Source: Haliotis rubra (lineage: Eukaryota). Taken from it: a stretch of DNA of 64,000 bases. The position numbers and the translations under genes were made by a program. The stretch covers positions 868,001 through 932,000 of the forward strand of contig NW_025765303.1 of NCBI RefSeq assembly GCF_003918875.1, read 5' to 3'. The notes under the pieces were generated by a model. It had not been told where the DNA came from. It worked only from the letters and a program-made list of their open reading frames with translations, and did not search any database. This document shows positions 40,301 to 53,396 of this stretch, in pieces; position 1 is the first letter of the stretch, and every line of letters starts with the position of its first letter.

Positions 40301-41245
40301 ACTACTATATTGTTACCACCGCTACCACTGTTACTACTATGTTGTTGCTACCGCTACCACTGTTACTACTATATTGTTGCCACCGCTACCACTGTTACTA
40401 CTATGTTGTTGCTACCGCTACCACTGTTACTACTATATTGTTACCACCGCTACCACTGTTACTACTATATTGTTACCACCGCTACCACTGTTACTACTAT
40501 ATTGTTACTACCGCTACCACTGTTACTACTATATTGTTGCTACCGCTACCACTGTTACTACTATATTGTTGTTGCTACCACTGTTACTACTTTCATTGTT
40601 ACTACTATATTGTTACTACTATACCCGCTACCACTGTTACTACTATATTGTTACCACCGCTACCACTGTTACTACTATATTGTTACCACCGCTACCACTG
40701 TTACTACTATATTGTTACTACCGCTACCACTGTTACTACTATATTGTTACCACCGCTACCACTGTTACTACTATATTGTTACCGCTACCACTGTTACTAC
40801 TATGTTGTTACCACCGCTACCACTGTTACTACTATATTGTTACCACCGCTACCACTGTTACTACTATATTGTTACTATACCGTTACCACCGCTACCACTG
40901 TTACTACTATATTGTTGCTACCGCTACCACTGTTACTACTATATTGTTGCTACCGCTACCACTGTTACTACTATATTGTTGCCACCGCTACCACTGTTAC
41001 TACTATATTGTTACCACCGCTACCACTGTTACTACTATATTGTTACCACCGCTACCACTGTTACTACTATATTGTTACCACCGCTACCACTGTTACTACT
41101 ATATTGTTACCACCGCTACCACTGTTACTACCACTGTTACTACTATATTGTTACCACCGCTACCACTGTTACTACTATATTGTTGCTACCGCTACCACTG
41201 TTACTACTATATTGTTGCTACCGCTGCCACTGTTACTACCAGTAC
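37391..41245. repeat. 32-bp satellite array (~3.8 kb)
   Basis: Unit ACCGCTACCACTGTTACTACTATATTGTT(G/A)C(T/C); homogeneous at both ends, degenerate in the middle. Confidence 0.97.
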
Positions 41246-42271
41246 TGCTTCACCAGCTGCTAATGTTACAGCTAGTCTGTGATGGTTGCTATCAAGAAGA
41301 CAGGCTCAGCGGGAGGAGTAGGGATATTTACCTTGATACTGAAAGCCCGTGAACATTTAAACCGGAAAGTTATAATCGTTCTGCAATTATTACATTTAAA
41401 TAGCGAATAACTCTTTTAAATTACAATTTTATGATGGTAGTTATGCATTTCGCCTTTACATTGGACACATTGACATGTTTCTTTTTACAGCAGCGCAATG
41501 TATTCAACTACACACATGTGCTTGCTCAATATAGTATAACCCTGGCCGCCATCTTGCACCCAGTGCCCCCGTCTGTTGTATGGGTGTACATGTTGGTACT
41601 GTGTTGGGACATGTCTTCTGCATGTCGGCAGGGACAGGGCGTGGGAGAAAGACGGTGTTTGTTGACACTGTCAACGTTCATGCTCCTCGGAACCTGACGA
41701 CGTTAGCGCGTGTATACACGTTTAAACATTGATGAGCTTGGCAACGTCACGATGGCAGGCCAGATTGCTGTGAGAGAAGTTTTGAAGATGTGTCCTAGCG
41801 TGTGCGTGCGCGTGTGAGTGTGCGTGTGCGTGTGATGTCTGAGTGAGTGAGTGAGTGAGTGAGAGAGAACGCGTTCAACGCTGCTTTGAACAGTATTCCT
41901 GATATAAGACCATGTCAGCTGAATATGAGAGGAAAGCATGACATGACGCATGTCATGATCGAAGGCAAACCGGGTATAGGTTCCTGGCGTCCTAAAGGGA
42001 CGCAATTCTGCGTACCAAATGCGGGGTCTTAGACATCTGGCCTGAGTGAATAATTCAAGTTGTTTTGGTGTCATGTAAAATATCAGAATTTATGTTATTA
42101 TCTTTGTTTCGACTAAAATAGATCTTTAAAAATGGAGATAACCGCTTCAATGTTCTATCATGTGCTTTTAGACAACTACATGTACATCATTAAACTCTGA
42201 AGCTATACAAATGCAAACCAGCCCACTGAACGGAGTTTCTAAAATTCACACATAACTGTCGCTATCGGTGA

Positions 42272-42433
42272 GTGAGTGAGTTAGGTTTTACACCGCTTTT
42301 AGCAATATTCCAGCAATATCACGGAGGGGGACACCAGAAATGGGCTTCACACATTGTACCCACGTGGGGAATCGAACCCGGGTCTTCTGCGTGACGAGCG
42401 AACGCTTTAACCACGAGGCTATCCCACCGCCCC
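42272..42433 (-). mobile_element. SINE family A
   Basis: Near-consensus copy; TSD CTATCGGTGA. Confidence 0.92.
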
Positions 42434-43154
42434 CTATCGGTGAATGAACGTTATAACCGTTATTATAAACATGTAGTCAAAAAAACTTTGTACAAGCAGT
42501 GTTTTATTATTATGTTACTATATTGTAGTTATGGAGTGGTTACTTTAAGTTCCGCAAATAATAATGAAGAATACTCAAAAAGCAGTTTTATAGCATTTAC
42601 TATTTAATCTCAAACCATTGTTATTATCGTTAAGGTCACTTCAATGACCAGTTGAAATGATCTCTTTCACTTTTTATGTGGATAACGATAAAATCACGGT
42701 AACATAATACCACAGAACACAGATAGCCAAAGCGGAATACCGTTATGGTTTAGGTACCCACGTGTATAATTTCGTTTCAGTTTACTTTGCGTTCGTAAAT
42801 CGACTTAATAAAATACCACTGATTTTGTAAATGAAATATTTTTTTAATAAACGAGCATAAAAATGGTATGAATCAATCTCTGCAGTGAAGTTTCAGTCCA
42901 ATGGAATACAATCTTCATGATCTTGGCCAAAATTACCAAACGCATAATTTATAGAATTAAAATAATTCTGTTGATCTTATGGATAGGAACATACCTCCCT
43001 ACACAACCGGGCAAAAGAACATATACACACGCACTCTGGATTTGACTGATTTCTAACACTGAAACATCACAAACTGAAAAAAAAGTCAATGAAACATTCC
43101 AAGCTTAAAGGTTAAAACACAACTATGATACTTTGGTTCCTTCCTTGTTTTCAG

Positions 43155-43318
43155 GGGACGGTAGGGTAGCCCACTGGTTAAAGCGTTCGCTCGTCACGCT
43201 GAAGATCCGGGTTCGATTCCCAACATGGGTACGATGTGTGAGGCCCATTTCTGGTGTCCCCCGCCGTGATAAATATTGTTGTAATATTGCTAAAAGCGGC
43301 GTAAAACTAAACTCACTC
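43155..43318 (+). mobile_element. SINE family A
   Basis: A/B boxes and tail; TSD approximately CTTGTTTTCAG. Confidence 0.9.
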
Positions 43319-43507
43319 CTTCTTGTTTTCAGCCTCTGTCAAACTTTGTGTAATTATTTCAGACTGCTTCTCCTCGGGTGTTCGTAACTGCGAATGCTAT
43401 TTGTGTTCTTTATTCGAGACATAGAAAAAGGGTTTCTTACATGATCATTCGTTTTGTGTTTTATCCACCGTGATATAGCTGGAATACAGCTAAAAGCTGC
43501 GTATATA

Positions 43508-45873
43508 TAGTTTGGCATGAAATGCATGTGGACCCGGTTTTTTGTAAATATCTCTTCATCCAATGACCCAATCGATCTCAAACTGTGCAAGTGGATGTTT
43601 TGTCAGACAACCTAATCACATTGTAAATCACCGATTTTATGCATTTGTATTAAAGAATCTGTCTATGTAACTGTCAACAAAATAAACAGCAGAACGCAGA
43701 CTGCTTGCAGAGGGAGGGAGCCAATGACCTGTAACAGCGGCAGTGTTGGGTCATAAAGGTCAACGTTCGTCAATGTAGGTCAGCTATGCACGTGACAGGT
43801 ATGAAGAGGTGTCACAGGTCGTGAATAGGGTAAGGTGGGTGCCAACTGTTAACCATCATACGGAGTTTGTTTGTCTGAGTTGTTCAACATGAACCACAAA
43901 ACCCATTAGTGAGAATTATTCTGTAGGTTAAAATCTTTAAATTTGTAATGTTAATGTCATATTTTGTTTATGCAGTACCTAAGTGGAAATGCATTTAAAG
44001 AACACAGAAAGTATATTTACACTAAATCATTAATCGGACCACCTATGGTAAGAACTCAACAACTGTTAAAGCCCCGTTCCCTCGGACACAAGCACACACA
44101 ATCATGCACACTCATTGAAGAAAAGATAGAATGAAGACAAAAGTGTTATGTTTTGATGTCGTTCACATTCCAAATTAAGCAATGCATTTCTAATAGCTTT
44201 AAGCATATAGATAGTTAATATTTATATTTTCATGATAATTTTATGTGAAATGCGTGTTTCATGTTACACTATAAGTCGTTGGAATTAGTCAGTGCTGTCA
44301 TTGTTAAAAGAATGTTATATTTCTTTGAGCATATCTGGCTGGATACTATTATTATCTGTAAATATAATAACAGAATTAAACTTCATCAAGTTCACTCCAT
44401 TCTTCCACAGAGGAGTCATCAGTGTCCAGACGAATGACAACTGGATTAACTGTTTGCTCCTTCAAGCCATCTTTGAGCCAGTACTCTTTCTCCACCTTCT
44501 TGACATGTTCAACACATGCATGCCAGCGTGCAATGCCAGCATGCCTACGTGTTCGGCGTAGCATGTTGTCAATGTTGTATGTGGGTGGAGGTTTGTTAGG
44601 TTTAATCAAAGAGTACAACTGTGGTTTAGTGGCCTTAATTGAAAATTGTATATTGTTATTTTTAGCCATTGCTGCATATCTGACTTCTTTGTATTGGAAG
44701 TTTGGCACCTATTGTTTGGATCTCGAACACTGTGATAGGGAGCATTGTCCATGACAACAAGACTTTTGTAAGGCAGAGCTGGCAACAATTGTTCCTCAAC
44801 ATACTGTGTGAAAACCGTTGAGTTCATTTCTGTATGATCGTCCCTACCATCTGTGCTCTTTGACCGAAATACCAGATCACACCCAGGTAGGAATCCACGG
44901 TGGTAACCAGCATGAAGAACGATTAAACGTTCACCTTTGCCTGTTGGTATTTTCCTACCATCACTGGGATCAGTGGGTAGCCACTGTCTGGCAGCAGTAT
45001 GGTTTGCATTGACCCAGGTCTCATCCAGATATATGGGTTCGAACCCATCCTCTTGCCTGCTTAATTTCTCTCAGATAGTTACACCTTATTTTCACAATAT
45101 CAGATCTCTCACACATTACAAGTTTCTGGTTTGCTACCTTCTTGTACTTGTATCCAAATTTGAGCAGTAGTTTGCTTAGCATAAACCTAGAAACATTAAT
45201 GTCGTGATCCTCTGCAAGGATGTGTTTTAACTTTCTTGTGGACAGGTGTTCATTTCTAGCAAATAGCCGGCGAATGACATCTCTGATGACCCTGATGTCA
45301 AAAGAATCTAACTTTGGATGCCTACCTATTTGTACAAGGTTTTGTTTATTGGTTGTTGGTTTATTTTTCACAATTTTTAGCACGATGTTCTTTTTCATGC
45401 CAAGAGCAAAAGTTGTACGTTTCATGTAATCCGACACGTTATAAATCGGTTTGCTACGTTTGCTCTCTTTTAAAAAAAAATTCAACACATTTCTAATTAA
45501 ACGTTTAGCATCATCTGAATAAGCTATCATGATGACAGCTAGAAGTAGTCAATGTGAATGATCCAAACGGTCTATCACTGTACAGTGCACAGGTAACTAT
45601 CATGAACTGCACGTGCATTTACCTTTATGACCCAACACTGCCGCTGTTACAGGTCATTGGCTCCCTCCCTCTGCAAGCAGTCTGCGTTCTGCTGTTTATT
45701 TTGTTGACAGTTACATAGACAGATTCTTTAATACAAATGTATAAAATCGGTGATTTACAATGTGATTAGGTTGTCTGACAAAACATCCAATTGCACAGTT
45801 TGAGATCGATTGGGTCATTGGATGAAGAGATATTTACAAAAAACCGGGTCCACATGCATTTCATGCCAAACTA
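43508..45873 (-). mobile_element. IS630-Tc1-mariner DNA transposon (DD82E/Sailor-like), 2.37 kb with 253-bp TIRs
   Basis: TIRs 43508-43760 and 45621-45873 (TAGTTTGGCATGAAATGC...) with only 2 mismatches seen. Inserted at the TA of a SINE tail (GCG-TA|AAACC). Encodes a DDE transposase remnant. Confidence 0.93.
44376..45530 (-). pseudogene. Disrupted DDE transposase
   Basis: HTH-like N-terminus (MIAYSDDAK...LLKFGYKYKK), then IYLDETWVNANHT...GKGERLIVLHAG...EMNSTVF...VVMDNAPYHS. Frameshifts near 45053 and 44660. The segment with the catalytic E (LPPYHxxLNPIE-type) is missing near 44550. Confidence 0.9.
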
Positions 45874-46289
45874 TAAAACCAATCTCACTCACTCGGTACT
45901 GTGCTTAAATCGCAGATGCCTATCTGCCGATATATATACACAATGCTGATAACATACCCCAGCTACCACCTGTCATTTCGTTTCATAGATCAACCCGATG
46001 AAACAAAACTACACAGACATGTTATACAGTACGGGAGAAATCAATGGGTGATGACGCCATGTGTCGAGATCATTTCACGTAGAACTGACTCTATGTGTGA
46101 CACCTGGCATGGTTGTTGCATCTGTGTCACCAGGCGTATGTCCGGCGGCATATTGAAACGAGACATACTATACGTTAAAAATGTGCCATTTCCAGATACA
46201 TATACCGACAGCCGCGGACAAAATTCATTTAAAGCTGTTCTATGAATGACCATACATTCAAAATTTTCATTTTAGGTTTACAATGTGAC

Positions 46290-46410
46290 TGAGCGTGAAT
46301 GCGCCGCCTTCAGCAATATTCTGGCAATATTATTGTTGGTGCACTAGAAATTGGATTCACATATTGTACCCATGTGCGGAACTGAACACGCATCTTCGGC
46401 TTGATGAACA
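46290..46410 (-). mobile_element. SINE family A, degenerate
   Basis: CGCCGCCTTCAGCAATATT...ATTGTACCCATGTG. Confidence 0.65.
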
Positions 46411-47041
46411 GGGAACAGGAAAACTATAGATATGCATATTCATATACATGTATAAACGAACCCGTCATGCATGGATTCCCATCATTACAGTCACGACACC
46501 AGGTGTTCAAGAAATCAATAAAAACACGACCGCATTCCAGACAACCTTGGTAAAGATGATCGTATGTTCTAAACCTTACGCCTTAGTTGAGATGACATAA
46601 TGTTCCACGAATCAACCTTAACTGAGCTTAACCTTATGTCACGAAAAAGCTAAATACTGAATGTATGCTTTATTTAAATTATGAACAATCGACAAAGACA
46701 AACGACCTGTCAAAAAATCTGTGATGATTATACTGAGAAACTGTTGAGGTATGTTTCGTTTCGTTTTTGTCTTGAGATTCTTTACGTTCATGGATTCACA
46801 TTTTGGTAGTTCAAGGGAGTTACTCTAACTTTACTTTATTTATTACCTACGAGGGCGAAAATATCGGAGTTCATATTTTTCATATGATGCTAGGGCAAAA
46901 TATCACTTTGTCATAGTGACGTGACGTGACGACGTTTCTTCTGTGACTTTGCGTTCTACATGCGACGACGGCGGGTAGCAAGCATATGTTTGAAAGTAGA
47001 TTTGGGTTTATTTTCCTCAATTTGACGACTTTGGTAATAAA

Positions 47042-47164
47042 CAGGCTAGCTATTCTCGGAACGTTCGTAGCCCTACGAACTTCTTAAGCCCATTCTCAAC
47101 ACATTGGCTACGATCAAAGTTAAGAATTCTAAGGGCTACGAACGTTTCGAGAATAAGGGCCCTG
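47042..47164. mobile_element. Palindromic MITE
   Basis: TATTCTCGGAACGTTCGTAGCCCT...AGGGCTACGAACGTTTCGAGAATA inverted arms. Confidence 0.7.
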
Positions 47165-47167
47165 AAT

Positions 47168-47305
47168 ATTATATTCGTGCCCATATCATACTATGTTTGC
47201 AACACAAGTGCCTAAATATCGGTATATCCCTCGCTCTCGCTCGGGAAATACCAACATTTAGGCACTCGTGTCGTAAACATAGTACGACATGGGCACTCAT
47301 ATAAT
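47168..47305. repeat. ~140-bp fold-back hairpin, likely the end of a non-autonomous DNA element
   Basis: ATTATAT..GTGCCCAT..TACTATGTTT..AGTGCCTAAAT / ATTTAGGCACT..AAACATAGTA..ATGGGCAC..ATATAAT around a CTCGCTCTCGCTC loop. Confidence 0.75.
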
Positions 47306-48057
47306 GTCCTCTATATGATATATCTACTCAGAAAATGTCTGTATGTCTTTGTCTAGGATTTACTAGCTCTTAATCACATGTTTTCATGAATATCAAATAC
47401 AACGTCAACATGCAATTAAAGTGGGTTGCACTGAAATGGATGTGAGAAGTAGTTTCGTAATTTTCAGAAATACATTTGACGATTGCAAACAATCGGTTCT
47501 CACGAAATACTTTACTACCTTTAGACATGGGACATAACTTCCTAAACTGTCGTGCATTTAGCAATGTTTTACACACAAAAAAACCAAAACAATTCAGTTG
47601 ATAATCTCATTTTGTCTAACGATTGCAACCTGATCTCTAAGGCCGGTACACGTAATAAAGACTGAACCAAGGTTTTCTTTATGAAAGACAGAAACCAGTG
47701 TTAATGTTCACTGAGTTAACCATATTCCAACCTTCGTTGAGGTCGTTTTGTGGACCTGTGCCCGATAAACTCAATTAGGTTAATGGGGCAAATAGACCCG
47801 GGGCACGTAAATTATCATACAATATTATCTATCTTCAACGGTATCTTATAAGAATGAACCTGTTATTGTCGATATGGACCTCGTTACATATCATCATGGA
47901 GACCACGGTTGTGCGATCAACCGCTGAAGAGAATCTTTTGATTTAGCAAAGGATCGTGTTTTCGTGATTTACTTTAACATGTCAACTGAGGGGCATTATC
48001 TGGGTGTGATTATGATTTTGGGTAGTACTAAAGATAACAGTTTACATGGCATACAAA

Positions 48058-48310
48058 CATTTATAACCTAAGTAAAAACACATGCATTTAGAACCTAGAT
48101 GTTACATCTATGCATTTATAACCTAGGCAAACACAGATCTATGCATTTAGAACCTAGGTAAAAACACATGCATTTAGAACCTAGATGTTACGTATATGCA
48201 TTTATAACCTAGGCAAACACAGATCTATGCATTTACAACCTAGGTAAAACACATGCATTTAGAACCAAGATGTTACATATACCGTATATATGCATTTACA
48301 ACCAAGCTTA
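48058..48310. repeat. ~30-bp tandem repeat with 3-unit higher-order period
   Basis: Recurrent ATGCATTTA(G/T/C)AACCTAG with three alternating spacers. Confidence 0.85.
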
Positions 48311-50277
48311 AAGAAATACCATACAATCATTTAACACCTGGATATAGTGAATTTCATACACACATTTAGAAACTTGATGTGGCATAGATTCATTCAGAAT
48401 CATTTGTAATGTAGATACAACACGGAAGTATCAGAACGTTGATATGACATGCATGCATTTTTAATCTGTATGGAATTAAGAGCTCTTGAATCTGATTATG
48501 ATATTCAAGCATATAAAACTTGATATTATATATCTGCATTTAGAATTTACATGTTGTGTACATGCTTTTGTATGAAGCCGTTTTGAACAGTATTCCAGTT
48601 ATTTCACGGCCTGTCGGATTAATGTGGAAGTAAAGCCCACAGTGATGTAGGTTTACAGAAACCAAACCCAGAACTTGAGAAGCAGGGATATTGCACACAC
48701 ACACACACGTAGATGAGCGCAGAGCATTCTGTGTGTACTTTAGAACCTGTTCGTGGCCATGTTTTCATGACGGACTGACTTAAATGAAATGAGTGGGCTT
48801 GGTTTAACGCTAGTTTGAACAATATGTCAGCTATTATCTATCGCACTGTCCAGTATACCCATTTTAGAACAGACACTGAAAACACTGCCTGTGTACATTC
48901 GCGCCTTTGATGTATGGAACTGCTCAATTAGCACGGGTAATTCATCAGGTGAGATGAAAGAACGCCGTGTTTTATTACCATACCTGTTTGATTCGCTGTC
49001 AGGTGCGTCCAGACCTATCTCCTCGGTCAACACAAGAGCAATGACCACTAAGCTACAGCCTAAACACATTCGGACGACAAATCCTCGTTAAGGGTCAATC
49101 TCGCAATCATATTGGCCCTAAATCTGAATAATTTGTATTCGGGGTTGGTAAAACGTTATTGTTATCTTTCACCGAGAAACACATATTTCTGTCATAACAT
49201 ATAATATTGTAACACATCTCATAAAATCTCACCACATGTCGCTGACCGTGGCAATGGAGAGTTTGCAACAGTGCGTGTTAATAGTGGAGGGATTAATGGG
49301 AATAGCCATTAGGTCACGATAACCAAAGGGCACGTAAAGGTTTATTGCACGTTAACACTTTGTATCGAACAATTTCTCAACAAACGAATTGGTGAACCGT
49401 TGTTTCGTTTTCGAGGTCTGATTGAATGGGAAATGATGGATTTGGATATTGCACATAAACCTTTAACTAAATATTTTCAAAGATCAAAACAGCGAAAGAA
49501 TGACACAAGTAGATTTGGCGAGATGTAAAGAGAGATTAGAGCACGAGTAAAGTGAAGATTGGGAGGTAAAATCTGAATTATTTTGTGTCATCCATCAGCT
49601 TTATCTAACCCAGGCTCATTTTCATACCAATTTTCAGCCAACTGTCATATAACCTAACACAACATTCGCTCTACCTGCAAGATGTTAATTGTACAATTTG
49701 AACTGATATATTCAGATCTGTGTTAAAACTAAGAATTTAGGTGAGATGAAGAAGTACTTAAAGTGAGAAAATAATAAACATGGCTCTTTTCCTTTGGAGA
49801 AAAGGTTTACTGCTCTGAATTAAATATTTAGCTCTACTTTATCATGTAGCGTTGTATCTGAAACTCACTTACATAGTCTCGTTGTATATGAATACTTTGT
49901 CAATCAGTAGGATTTTGTCCAGTCTACTTGTTTAGTGTCGCTTGTTTACATGAACTACATGAACACAAACCCTTTGAATGAACTAAATTATCCATAAATT
50001 TCAAATGTAAACGCTTGCTTAAACGCCCCTTATGACTCAGGACGATGCAGTTCAAATATATTCAAGGGCGCAGTGCAAATACTATGTTACTTAATCCATT
50101 GGAAGCGCGCCATTCACGGGGTTGGGGGATGGGAGGAGCTCTTGTTTAGACTGGAGGCAAAATGAGATGAAGGATACCATAGAGCGATATTCAAAGACCG
50201 GAACACCTAGATTATCGTCGCCAGACCTTAATTCATATTCAGCACAGACACCAGTGTTAAGGCTACGACCACGATAT

Positions 50278-50600
50278 CAGGGTCCCGTTGCACAAAGCTG
50301 TCTTAGCGCTAAGGTGATCGTAACTCCCATACTTTAACATAGACTTACGATCATCGTAACGCTGAGGTGATCGTAACTCCCATACTTTAACATAGACTTA
50401 CGATCATCGTAACGCTAAGGTGATCGTAACTCCCATACTTTAACATAGACTTACGATCATCGTAACGCTAAGGTGATCGTAACTCCCATACTTTAACATA
50501 GACTTACGATCATCGTAACGCTGAGGTGATCGTAACTCCCATACTTTAACATAGACTTACGATCATCGTAACGCTGAGGTGATCGTAACTCCCATACTTT
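50278..50600 (+). repeat. 53-bp tandem array (~5.5 copies) grown from a MITE interior
   Basis: Starts with MITE end CAGGGTCCCGTTGCACAAAGCT; unit AGGTGATCGTAACTCCCATACTTTAACATAGACTTACGATCATCGTAACGCT(A/G). Confidence 0.9.
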
Positions 50601-51000
50601 TGTTGTTGTTCTTGTTGTTGTTGGTTGGTTGGTTTAGGATAGTGTCGGTCGGGTAACCGGAAACGGACATATATTTTTTTGGCCTAATCAGATATTAGCA
50701 TGACGTTCGGGGAGCTGTGATGAGTCTTTCGTGTGGGAGTACATTTACATCCTGATGATTCACGAGTTCAGTATCTCAATTGAAGCAGAATCCAAACCAT
50801 ATTTTTCATACTTGCACATGCAACACGCAATCCCATAAACGGAATACTCTATATCTCTTGATCTACTGACGATCACCCATTGGACATAATCATTTAGCCG
50901 TGCTTTAACTCATATTTTATTTGTTTGTATAAATCCATCGTATGAGTTGAATAAAAGCGAAACTAAATTCCCATAATCTTACGAAATCTGCTGAAGACAG

Positions 51001-51162
51001 AGTGAGTGAGTATGGTTTTATGCCGTTTTCAGCGATATTCCAGCAATATCACGGCGGGGACACCAGAAATGGGCTTCACAAATTGTACCCATGTGGTGAA
51101 TCGAACCCTGGTCTTAGGCGTGACGAGCGAACGCTTTAACCACTAGGCTACACCACCGCCCC
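51001..51162 (-). mobile_element. SINE family A
   Basis: Near-consensus reverse copy. Confidence 0.9.
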
Positions 51163-52637
51163 GCATAAATCAGAATCCACTGTGCGATTCCGAATGCATC
51201 ATGAATATGTGTTCCCGAAAAGGTGAGCACTCCTCCTGTTTCACCCGTCATAAACACTCGCAAAGTCAAGTAAAACAAATATCTGTTTGTACAGTTTTCA
51301 CATGTGTCTTATGCCTAAGAAGCAATTTTTCACCGGAAAATACATGAGAACTAATGTTGAAAGTAAAATGAGGAATTGAATCGGACATATTTTTTGTCAC
51401 TGATGAGTCAATTTCACATGTCAACTAAAACAACTGACTGAAAGCTTTAAATGGGCATTGTATGATGCAAACCTGATAAAAAGTTGTTTGTTTTAAATCT
51501 TTGCTCGAATGTACCTCAAATGTTGCAGACACAAAAGGCTGGAGCTGAGAGTTTTGTTTTGTTGTTTAACGCTGCACTCAGCAATATTCCAGCTATATGG
51601 CGGGGAGCTGAGGGAATATTGGTCACGATTATAACGCAAAATAATGGTACGGTCGGTTGGTTATGTCGGTGCAAAGTACAATGGTTGGAAAACTTAGAAT
51701 ACGTTCTAATTTTAATGCGGTCTTAACGAGTACTGTTTTGTTGGGATTTTTGGTTGTCAAATTGAATCATTGGTTAAATATTATTTTTCTGTCTCACGAA
51801 TTATCACAGGGTAATAATAACAATATTATGAAAAAAAACATAATTACAGTTTTAGGTCATACGGCATTAGGAATTTTATGGACTGAATGATTAATGATTT
51901 TCGATAAGTTGATCAAATGCTACAACTGTATGCCTAAAATGTGATTCGACACTGCCCTTTGAAGTTCAATAATTAACAAACGTCATAATTGCAAATTCGA
52001 GTATCGTCTCATCGTTGTTATAAATAGCATCAAAGAAAGAAAACGTTATGTTGTATTTATTTTGTATCTTGGTGATCCGTGAACTTAATTCACCATCATG
52101 CTCCGCCACTCCTCTTATCAACCTGTTCTTTGTACTGCCGAGCGCTAAGAACTGTGTATATAGACTGATGAAACCAGTCCATTTACTGGGCCCAGTCCGC
52201 TACCTCTTGGTAAATAGTAAAACTAGCAATTAGACTTAATACGGATTGGAGGGGTATAGATACAATTTAAGGAATTTGAATAGATCTTCGGACATATACT
52301 ACACTTTATATAAAACGGTTGGAATGTAAGGAATTTTGAACATCTGATCAGTCTTAGGCTACTGACATACTAACATTAGTCACTGCCTGATTTGTGTCCG
52401 AAATCTATTTGTGGCATTTTAACCATAATTTCGTGCTAAATCTTTCTAGAAGTTCATTTTAACCATGATAAAAATATCTTTAAGGCGGGATTGTGCAAAA
52501 AAGATGATCAAACATGAATCAGCGACCGATGCTTGTAAGGTACGACGAGTAAAGTGGAAGACTGGGAGGTAAAATCTGAATAATTTTGTGTCATCCATCA
52601 GCTTTGTTTAACTCAGACTCATTTTCAGACCAACCAA

Positions 52638-52820
52638 TGAAGATCCGGGTTAGAATTGGTCTTCAGCAACCCATGCTTGTCGTAAGAGGCCACAAACGGG
52701 ATCGGTCGTCAGGTCGCTGATTTGGTAGATTCATGAGGTATATGCACCCATTGCGGTGGTATATATTCCTGTCAATCACTTGAATGTCTGGTCCATACTG
52801 TAGTCTGTCATGCAGACCCT
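52638..52820 (+). mobile_element. Family B, degenerate 3' part
   Basis: TGAAGATCCGGGTTAGAATTGGTCTTCAGCAACCCATGCTTGTCGTAAGAGG. Confidence 0.8.
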
Positions 52821-53258
52821 GAAACAGATATATCCATGAAAGCCAATGCAAGTCTAGAATATATGGCAAGTGTAGATTTCTACAGTTTCAGTTTCTGAGA
52901 ATGTATAAAGTCTCTGGGTTCCTCTTCATTATGTAGTATGATTATTTTTTTATGAAGAGTATTTTTCTGTAAAATATGTTCATTTCCTGATTACATGTTA
53001 GTCTAAGACCAGTGTAAAATATTGCTGAGTGAAGCGTTAACCGACATTTATATTTAATGCTGGGGTTCTTGTATATCTAGTTTCGTCATGTGCTACAGAC
53101 AAAGTGAATTATTTAAAAACAATCTGCATTGTGATATTTAACAATTACAATATCATGAAATAGTGTAGATGGATGATACACTCCCCAATGATATCTTCAA
53201 CCTGTTAATCTACCAAGAGAAATTTGCAACCAAAATTTCAATATTTACATATCAGACA

Positions 53259-53396
53259 GGGGCGGTAGCGTAGCCAAGTGGTTAAAGCGGTTGCTTCTTA
53301 CACCGAAAACTCGGGTTCGATTCCAAATGGATAGACTGTATGAAAAACCAATTGCTGGTGTGATATTGCTGGAATATTGCTAAAAGCTAACTCACT
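53259..53396 (+). mobile_element. SINE family A, degenerate
   Basis: GGGGCGGTAGCGTAGCCAAGTGGTTAAAGCG...GGGTTCGATTCC...GCTGGAATATTGCTAAAAGC. Confidence 0.75.

Noticed and set aside
36775-41352. Very long ORFs (up to 1300 aa)
   Set aside because: They arise from 24- and 32-bp satellites lacking plus-strand stops. All three frames are open, the 32-bp unit is not a multiple of 3, and there is no credible start or domain.
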